Virus record (IMG/VR): IMGVR_UViG_3300027736_000021
DNA length: 64,000 nt
Strand: one strand, 5' to 3'
From: a virus
Below are positions 57,945 to 64,000 of this stretch, piece after piece. A model generated the notes under the pieces. The model was not told the origin of the DNA, did no database searches, and saw only the letters and a program-made list of their open reading frames with translations. Positions within the stretch are counted from its first letter, which is position 1, and each line of letters starts with the position of its first letter. A program made the translations under genes and the position numbers.

Positions 57945-58509
57945 AAAACTTGACGATTCGGTAATTGACGCTGAAGATATCATTGGTCTTGGTTTACTTA
58001 AAAATCATACTCATTTTCTAATGGGTGAAATTGATGATGAAAATGTTGAGAAGGCTATCCGTTGGTTGCTCTATGAAAACATGGACAATTCCAATCCAGA
58101 AAAAATACTAACAATCTATATCAATTCAACTGGCGGTAGTTTAACCGATGCTTTTGGTTTAATTGATGTAATGCAAAATTCTAATTTCGTGGTTCGCACT
58201 ATTGCAATTGGTAATGTAATGAGTGCAGCCTTTCTAATATTCGCTGCTGGTGATAAAGGTGAACGCTATGTCGCAAAAAACACCAGTATTATGTGTCACC
58301 AATTTACCGATTCTATGGATGACAAATATCATAACATCAAAGCTGCGATGAAAGAAACCGAACATTTGAATAAGCGTATGGTTGATATTTTAACAGAAGC
58401 AACAGGTCTAGTACCAAGTAAAGTAAAAGCCAAACTTCTACCAGCGAGTGATGTTTACTTGACGGCTGAAGAATTGGTTGAATTCGGTGTAGCAGACCAT
58501 ATTTTGTAA
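57934..58509 (+). CDS. clpP: ClpP-like protease
   Basis: IYINSTGGS, MSAA (catalytic Ser), MCHQ, D.YLTAEE..FG.AD. Confidence 0.88.
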   Translation: MTNKKLDDSVIDAEDIIGLGLLKNHTHFLMGEIDDENVEKAIRWLLYENMDNSNPEKILTIYINSTGGSLTDAFGLIDVMQNSNFVVRTIAIGNVMSAAFLIFAAGDKGERYVAKNTSIMCHQFTDSMDDKYHNIKAAMKETEHLNKRMVDILTEATGLVPSKVKAKLLPASDVYLTAEELVEFGVADHIL

Positions 58510-58844
58510 CAGGTAATAAGATGATAGGCGGCGGGCAGAAATTTCTAAAACCAAAGAAATCCAAATTTAGAAAAAACTCTGATAAGGATACTCTTAAAGA
58601 GTTTAGGCAAAAAAACACGAAGCACCATGATAAGGCAACTTATCGCTTATTGAAGAAAGAGGAAGAAGATGTCAGTTAAACAATTTATGGATCAAATTGT
58701 TGAAATACAAAAGCGTATTGACCAACAATCTGGTGACATTGAAAGCTTAAAGAAGGAACTTGACCGCTTGAAGATAATGGCATTTGAAGAAGAAATGCGG
58801 GAAGAAAACGACCAGCAGCTCCTGAAGGGATAAGACTTGGACGC

Positions 58845-58897
58845 TGTTGTTTTTAAGCAACACTAGGGCTTGACTTTCCCACCAGTTATGTTACAAT
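58845..58897 (+). promoter_or_regulatory. Early promoter cassette (palindrome plus sigma70), leaderless
   Basis: TGTTG-N8-CAACA; TTGACT-N16-TACAAT. Confidence 0.75.
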
Positions 58898-58904
58898 GGT
58901 GGGT

Positions 58905-59291
58905 ATGAGTGAAATACTAAAAGAAATTACTGTATGGCAGTCGGACTTTTCAGTTCCAAACCATACTTACTTACTTGATTCTAAGGGCAACATTATCGCC
59001 CATGCTCGTGCTAGTGATGGCAAAGTAATAGAATCAAAATCAAAAACGATTAAATTAGATAAGCGGTATCGTAAGTTTATCAAGGTTAATCATTCTGAAT
59101 TATCCAAACTAATACCAAAAGATGATGGACACGATTATAGTCCAAAAGTCGGTATTCGCATTTTCAAAGTGAAATCTGGCAATCACGATTATAAGATTGA
59201 AGTGGCAGGTTCTAGTATTACCTGTTCTTGTATTGGTTTTGGTTATCGTGGTAAATGTAAACACGCTGAAGCGGTGAGGGCTAAATTATGA
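58905..59291 (+). CDS. SWIM zinc-finger protein
   Basis: CSC.GF..RGKCKH. Confidence 0.8.
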   Translation: MSEILKEITVWQSDFSVPNHTYLLDSKGNIIAHARASDGKVIESKSKTIKLDKRYRKFIKVNHSELSKLIPKDDGHDYSPKVGIRIFKVKSGNHDYKIEVAGSSITCSCIGFGYRGKCKHAEAVRAKL

Positions 59292-59644
59292 TGATTTATG
59301 TAAACAATCGGTCGCCTAAAAAATTGCGTATGCAAAGAAAAAAACAATTGGCAAAAAAACAAGAACAGTACCAAGAATGGCTTACCAGTTTAGAAAAACT
59401 AAAACCTAATTTTGGTAAACCTGGCACTAAAAATATTGTGGCTTTGCAAAGTGGTAAAAGATTTGTCCGTGAAACACCACATTACGATTCGTTGGAAACG
59501 ATTGGAGGTGTCGCAACAAAGCCAATACATGGCAATGTCTATACTGGCGATAAGATGAAAGGGATTGGTACCTTACACAAGTCCAATGCTGTGCCAATAT
59601 TCACGGATGAAGAAGCAAAAGACCAAGCCAATATGCGGAGATAA
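59288..59644 (+). CDS. Conserved basic T4-like protein
   Basis: YTG..MKGIGTLHKSNAVP. Confidence 0.7.
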   Translation: MMIYVNNRSPKKLRMQRKKQLAKKQEQYQEWLTSLEKLKPNFGKPGTKNIVALQSGKRFVRETPHYDSLETIGGVATKPIHGNVYTGDKMKGIGTLHKSNAVPIFTDEEAKDQANMRR

Positions 59645-59697
59645 AAAAGTCAATGGAATCAAGAGCTTACAAAAAGTCAATGGAATCAAGAGCTTAC
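59644..59697. repeat. Perfect 27-bp tandem duplication, each copy carrying an IHF box
   Basis: AAAAAGTCAATGGAATCAAGAGCTTAC x2. Confidence 0.95.
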
Positions 59698-59700
59698 GCC

Positions 59701-59771
59701 TGTTGTTTCCATGCAACAAACCCAAAAATAGTTGCCAAAGCCCTTGACTCCTGCCGTGGTTCGTGTATAAT
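59701..59771 (+). promoter_or_regulatory. Early promoter cassette (palindrome plus sigma70)
   Basis: TGTTG-N8-CAACA; TTGACT-N16-TATAAT. Confidence 0.85.
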
Positions 59772-59804
59772 GGATTTTGTTGAGTTGATAAAGAAAGCAA
59801 ATTT

Positions 59805-60593
59805 ATGAAATTATTAAGCACTGGTAACCCAAAAGTATTAAAAGGTTTATCGCAAGGTTATAACACCTACATTCTACATTTGGCACCAGCTGACTTATCT
59901 GGTTATAACACCTGTCCTAAAGCGACAGCAGGTTGCAAGGCAGCTTGCTTGAATACCGCTGGTCGTGGCGGTATGTTCAAAAAAGGTGAAACCACCAACA
60001 CTATTCAAAAAGCTCGTATTCGCAAAACCAAAATGTTTTATGAAAACCGATTAGCTTTTATGGAATCATTAGTTGCTGATATTGAGTTAGCAATTAAACA
60101 ATCTGCTAAAAAAGGTTTAATTCCTGTTTTCAGATTAAACGGTACAAGTGATTTATCTTGGGAAAAATATGAGGTTATTCGTGATGGAAAATTATATCGT
60201 AACATTTTTACTGCCTTTCCTAATGTCCAGTTTTATGATTATACCAAGGTTCTTGGTCGTAAAATTGCGGACTTCAAAAATTACCATTTAACATTTTCAA
60301 TGGCTGATGGTAATTACTTTGATTGTAAAGAAGCAGTAAAGCAAGGCATGAATATTGCTGTCGTGTTTGGTATTAAAAAAGGTTCACCAATGCCTAACAA
60401 ATTCTTTAATTACAATATGTCCGTTTTCAATGGTGATGAAAGTGATTTACGGTTTTTGGATCCAAAGAATTCAATTATTGGTTTGTATGCTAAAGGTAAA
60501 GCGAAAAAAGATACCTCTGGCTTTGTGAAGTTTCCAATTGGTGAAGGTATGCAATATCTTCCTATTATTAATGTAATGAAAGAGGCGGCTTAA
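59805..60593 (+). CDS. Phage Gp88-family protein (Cys-cluster, radical-SAM-like fold)
   Basis: LHLAPA, CPKAT.GC..ACL..AGRG, RLNGTSD, QFYDYTK, GDESDLRFLD. Confidence 0.7.
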   Translation: MKLLSTGNPKVLKGLSQGYNTYILHLAPADLSGYNTCPKATAGCKAACLNTAGRGGMFKKGETTNTIQKARIRKTKMFYENRLAFMESLVADIELAIKQSAKKGLIPVFRLNGTSDLSWEKYEVIRDGKLYRNIFTAFPNVQFYDYTKVLGRKIADFKNYHLTFSMADGNYFDCKEAVKQGMNIAVVFGIKKGSPMPNKFFNYNMSVFNGDESDLRFLDPKNSIIGLYAKGKAKKDTSGFVKFPIGEGMQYLPIINVMKEAA

Positions 60594-60763
60594 TATGCAA
60601 GTAGTTTATATTGTAAAATCATTCGGTCCCGAAAATGGGTATATGAATTTGAAAGCGTTTGCTGATATTGAAGATGCTGAAGCTTATCGTGCGGTTGTTG
60701 CAAAACAAATCCCTGATGGTATTGAAGATGAATGGGTTGAAATTGAAGATATGATGGTGGATT

Positions 60764-60997
60764 ATGGTTAATTTTGAACAGTTTAAAAAATCTGGTGTTT
60801 GTGCAATTTATCACCGAGTGCCAATTGAATATCTTGCTGAATTCCGTAAAGTGATGGCTCATCAAGGTAAGTTTTTTAAGATTAGATATCGTGGTCCCCG
60901 TTTTAATGTTCCTTCTGCTCGTTTTCGTGGTTGGAATAGTAAACAGTCCACTTGTTTGAAAGAAGATGCAATAGCATTTTCAGTTTATAATTATTAG
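60764..60997 (+). CDS. Small basic hypothetical protein
   Basis: IRYRGPR motif. Confidence 0.55.
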   Translation: MVNFEQFKKSGVCAIYHRVPIEYLAEFRKVMAHQGKFFKIRYRGPRFNVPSARFRGWNSKQSTCLKEDAIAFSVYNY

Positions 60998-61005
60998 GAG
61001 TTATT

Positions 61006-61455
61006 ATGGGTACCAGAAGTTTAACATTCGTGTATAGTGAATCGGTAAAAGGCGAAAGAGCCGAACCAATTGTGAATATGTACCGCCAGTTTGATGGTTA
61101 TCCATCTGGCCACGGTGCAGAGTTGGCCGAGTTTTTATCTGGTGGTAAAATTGTCAATGGCTTACGCTTTGGCGAAGAAGGCAAATTCTTTAATGGCATG
61201 GGCGATTTGGCTGCACAATTAGTTGCTAATTTCAAAAAAGAATCTGGTGGATTTTATTTGTATCCTGTAACCGCAGAAGATTGTGGTCAAGATTATGAAT
61301 ACCACATTTTGAATGTTGATGGTCAATTCAAAATTGAAGTGTATTATTGTGGTTGTAATTTTTTCGGTATAAGTGGTGATTATGAGAGTGAAGTGGTATT
61401 CTCTGGATCATTACCCGAATTTGTAGATTTCTGTAATGTTGCCGAAACAGCTTAA
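61006..61455 (+). CDS. Conserved phage hypothetical protein
   Basis: MGTRS, YRQFDGYP.GHG, DYEY. Confidence 0.7.
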   Translation: MGTRSLTFVYSESVKGERAEPIVNMYRQFDGYPSGHGAELAEFLSGGKIVNGLRFGEEGKFFNGMGDLAAQLVANFKKESGGFYLYPVTAEDCGQDYEYHILNVDGQFKIEVYYCGCNFFGISGDYESEVVFSGSLPEFVDFCNVAETA

Positions 61456-61472
61456 CATTACCGAAAAAGCGC

Positions 61473-61501
61473 TTGACTTTCAGGCATATTTGTAGTATAA
61501 T
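61473..61501 (+). promoter_or_regulatory. Sigma70 early promoter
   Basis: TTGACT-N17-TATAAT. Confidence 0.75.
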
Positions 61502-61534
61502 GGTTGTTCCTTTAATTGATAATGGAGTTATGTG

Positions 61535-61927
61535 ATGGCAAAACCTGCTAAAAAAATGAAGTTGAAACCTTTCCAAAAATTATTGACAGTAATGATTTCT
61601 GGCAAGCCTGTAACAAAAGACGAGATTAATACTCTCCTTGGGCATGAGATTTTCATGTATCGTATTTCCACTTATATGTGGCATATCAAGACCCAAGCCA
61701 ATGGTACTGTTAAAGTAATCAAAGATGGCCGTAAAGTTTCTGGTTATCAGTTGATGAATGTTGACCAAGTTAAGGACTACATGAAGCGTGCTGGTGTGTT
61801 AGACGCTGGGTATGTTCCTTCTGCTAAACAAGTTGGCAAGTTGAAAGACTTGAAAGCAACCGAAGTTGCCAAAGAAGTTAAGGCACCAGTTGCTGAAGAA
61901 ATGACAGTAACCGAAGTTACTGAGTAA
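61535..61927 (+). CDS. Putative winged-HTH protein
   Basis: Helix-helix-beta-hairpin pattern: LL..M.SGKPVT..EI, RISTYMW.IK, GRKVSGYQL. Confidence 0.5.
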   Translation: MAKPAKKMKLKPFQKLLTVMISGKPVTKDEINTLLGHEIFMYRISTYMWHIKTQANGTVKVIKDGRKVSGYQLMNVDQVKDYMKRAGVLDAGYVPSAKQVGKLKDLKATEVAKEVKAPVAEEMTVTEVTE

Positions 61928-61933
61928 CCAGTT

Positions 61934-62108
61934 TGCTAATGGGAGAGTTGCGGAAATTCATGCGAGCTTGTAAGTCGGAGATGCCGAGTATCTATGATAC
62001 TGTAAAAATGGATCGTCCGCATTTAAAGTGCTCATACAGGCGAATTTCGCTCACCCTTAAACAACAGCACGATAGCTCGCTGTGAAGCGCCTTGAGTGTC
62101 CCTTAGCA
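61934..62108 (+). ncRNA. Candidate pseudoknotted ncRNA
   Basis: TGCTAA.GGGA/TCCC.TTAGCA closing stem; GCGAGCT/AGCTCGC crossing GAAATTC/GAATTTC; GC-rich, no ORF. Confidence 0.55.
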
Positions 62109-62138
62109 TTTTTCTAACATTTACAAAGTGAAATTATT

Positions 62139-62366
62139 ATGAGTTTATTAAGTTTAAGTTTACGGCCTCTGATGGTATTTGATGCTTCAAATAATGAACA
62201 TAGAAAATACTATGCTGACTTTGTAAAGCGTAAAACATGGGGATATTGTCCAGTTAGATTTGTAATTGAAGGCAATGCCCAAACGGATTTAATTACACAC
62301 ATAGAACGGTGTTTGGTTGATTACTACACCATGAAAGAATTCAAAGTAAAGAATACATTAAGATGA
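62139..62366 (+). CDS. Conserved small phage protein
   Basis: FDASN.EHR....F...TWG.CP.RF. Confidence 0.65.
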   Translation: MSLLSLSLRPLMVFDASNNEHRKYYADFVKRKTWGYCPVRFVIEGNAQTDLITHIERCLVDYYTMKEFKVKNTLR

Positions 62367-62632
62367 ACAATAAAGAAAAAGAAATATTATTAATTGCTCA
62401 AGAGGAGTGTGCAGAAGTTACTCAAGCAATTAGTAAAATCTTTCGTTTTGGTTTTGAATCTCGGTGGCCAGAAGATGGCATTAACAATCGTAGCAGACTA
62501 GTTGAAGAAGTTGGTGATTTAGTTGCGATGATTAAATTGATGGGTGATAATAATATTATTGACATTGACGAGGTAGCAAAAGCTGCTGAACGAAAAATAA
62601 CCAAATTGAAAACTTGGTCGAGTATATTATGA
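62363..62632 (+). CDS. MazG-like NTP pyrophosphohydrolase
   Basis: QEECAEV.QAISK..RFG...EEVGDL. Confidence 0.8.
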   Translation: MNNKEKEILLIAQEECAEVTQAISKIFRFGFESRWPEDGINNRSRLVEEVGDLVAMIKLMGDNNIIDIDEVAKAAERKITKLKTWSSIL

Positions 62633-62708
62633 ACACATGGGCATTAGTATTATGGTTGGGTATGCCAACAAATTACAATGTGCATGACCAATTTGTGAAT
62701 AAAGAAAA

Positions 62709-63491
62709 ATGTATAGAATCTCAAATCAGAATGACAAAGGCATTGAAACAAGTAAATTCAAAGCTTCATGCCGTTTGCAGACCTATACAGCGATAATTGG
62801 TTTAATGTTAGCATTTAATGCTAATGCGATAATAGGTGTCGGTGAACATCGTTTTGGTCCCGAGACCGCAGAGAATGTTGCTTGTGAATTTGCAGAAGAA
62901 AATGCTAAACAAAATGCTTTAATCAAATTTAATGGTGAGTATGTGGATGCCATGATTGAAGAAAATTGTCAAAGTGAAAATTGCAAGTTTAATCGGCAAA
63001 CCTTTAACAAAATTGAAGGCCATATAAAATCAATATCGGATGTCAAAAGAGATATCGTAGTAGAGCGTGGTTATAAAGTTTGTGTGGTAACGATAAACGC
63101 TGATGTTCAAAAATTGAACAATGACATAAAGTTTATCATTGGTGGTAGTTTTAATTTGAAAGATGGTGCAGATATTACCTTTAACGGTTCGGTAAACAAA
63201 CAAGGCAATCTGTATTTGTATAATTATTATGACGGCAATTACAATAGAGTATTGAATACATGGATTGCCACACCAAACAGTAATTTTGTGTTACCATCCG
63301 AACCATATAGAATGAAAGCACAAGTTCCTCAAGGGCAAGTGCAATCAAAAGAGTTGTTGTTGTTTTTGTTTGTGACCAATGATGTGAATTTGAAAGATAG
63401 TTATACCGAAAATGAAATGAAGTTTGTTATCTCTCAAATACCAAGTAGTCAACGAAAAGTGATTACAAGGCACATCAATATTTTAAGGTAA
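62709..63491 (+). CDS. Exported hypothetical protein (start uncertain)
   Basis: Signal-like IIGLMLAFNANA; Cys pairs; precedes lipoprotein. Confidence 0.55.
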   Translation: MYRISNQNDKGIETSKFKASCRLQTYTAIIGLMLAFNANAIIGVGEHRFGPETAENVACEFAEENAKQNALIKFNGEYVDAMIEENCQSENCKFNRQTFNKIEGHIKSISDVKRDIVVERGYKVCVVTINADVQKLNNDIKFIIGGSFNLKDGADITFNGSVNKQGNLYLYNYYDGNYNRVLNTWIATPNSNFVLPSEPYRMKAQVPQGQVQSKELLLFLFVTNDVNLKDSYTENEMKFVISQIPSSQRKVITRHINILR

Positions 63492-63497
63492 TATATT

Positions 63498-64000
63498 ATG
63501 AAAAAGAAGTTATTAGTAGCATTAGTTCCGTTAGTGATGTTGTCGGCTTGTGGTTCAAATCCACCTAAGACTGCTATGGATTCTAGCTCACTATTTGGTA
63601 AGGGTGCTAAGACTGGCGATTTTGTTCGTATGCCAGACTGGTACATGGAAAAACCAAAAGAAGATGCCTTGTATTCCGTTGCAAGTGAATACTCTGCTGA
63701 CCTCCAATTCTCGGTTGACAAAGCGATGTTATCGGCAAAGCGTGAGTTAGCCGCCAAATATTCATCTTATGTATCAGCAATGATGAAAGACTTTACCGCA
63801 GAGATTGGTAGTGCAGATGGTGTCAACCGTGATATTGAACGAACCACTAAACTGCTGGTTGCACAAGTGAATTTGGTTGGTATTCAACGACCAAACTTTG
63901 AAATTCGCCATGAAGGCCGTGGGTTCAGAACATTCGTGCAATTACGCTATTCATTAGATGATTCTAATCGGTTACTGATTGAGAAAATTCAAAATGACAA
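63498..64000 (+). CDS. LPP20-like lipoprotein (runs off window)
   Basis: MKKKLLVALVPLVMLSAC lipobox, PDWY, DKAMLSAKRELA. Confidence 0.7.
   Translation, partial: MKKKLLVALVPLVMLSACGSNPPKTAMDSSSLFGKGAKTGDFVRMPDWYMEKPKEDALYSVASEYSADLQFSVDKAMLSAKRELAAKYSSYVSAMMKDFTAEIGSADGVNRDIERTTKLLVAQVNLVGIQRPNFEIRHEGRGFRTFVQLRYSLDDSNRLLIEKIQND

Noticed and set aside
59644-59697. CRISPR or mini-array
   Set aside because: Two abutting copies with no spacer and no cas genes; explained as a promoter-element duplication
1-64000. Stop-codon recoding, DGR or retron, and the many short minus-strand ORFs
   Set aside because: Core genes are intact in the standard code, no reverse transcriptase is present, and most minus-strand ORFs shadow well-supported plus-strand genes

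Overview
A 64-kb, AT-rich, almost entirely plus-strand segment of a large T4-like (Tevenvirinae/Kyanoviridae-like) lytic phage. The host is inferred to be a freshwater Betaproteobacterium from the proteobacterial-type IscU, ErpA and DesA and a phasin-like gene. Layout: uvsX-gp40-gp41 recombination/replication genes (0.7-3.4 kb); DUF4338, nuclease-like and ligase-like genes; a 10.5-kb glycan cluster containing a sedoheptulose-7-phosphate cyclase with EEVS-type motifs, plus kinase, nucleotidyltransferase, SDR, RfbB, RfbH and glycosyltransferase-like genes (8.6-19 kb); head-packaged, protease-processed proteins including a nucleotidyltransferase/P-loop-kinase fusion (19-27.7 kb); a lysis cassette with spanins and a GH19 endolysin; primase, nrdA-iscU-iscA-nrdB-desaturase-SNase-EndoII-phoH; then a hyperplastic early region (39-64 kb). 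The early region is built from repeated IHF-box/palindrome/sigma70 promoter cassettes and also holds a tRNA-Thr with a swapped elbow pair, two candidate structured ncRNAs, rubrerythrin-rubredoxin behind an OxyR-like box, rnh, GT2, galE and clpP. The best candidate for an undescribed system is a phage-encoded C7-cyclitol (carbasugar) activation and transfer pathway. All calls come from motif recognition by eye; no database searches were run.
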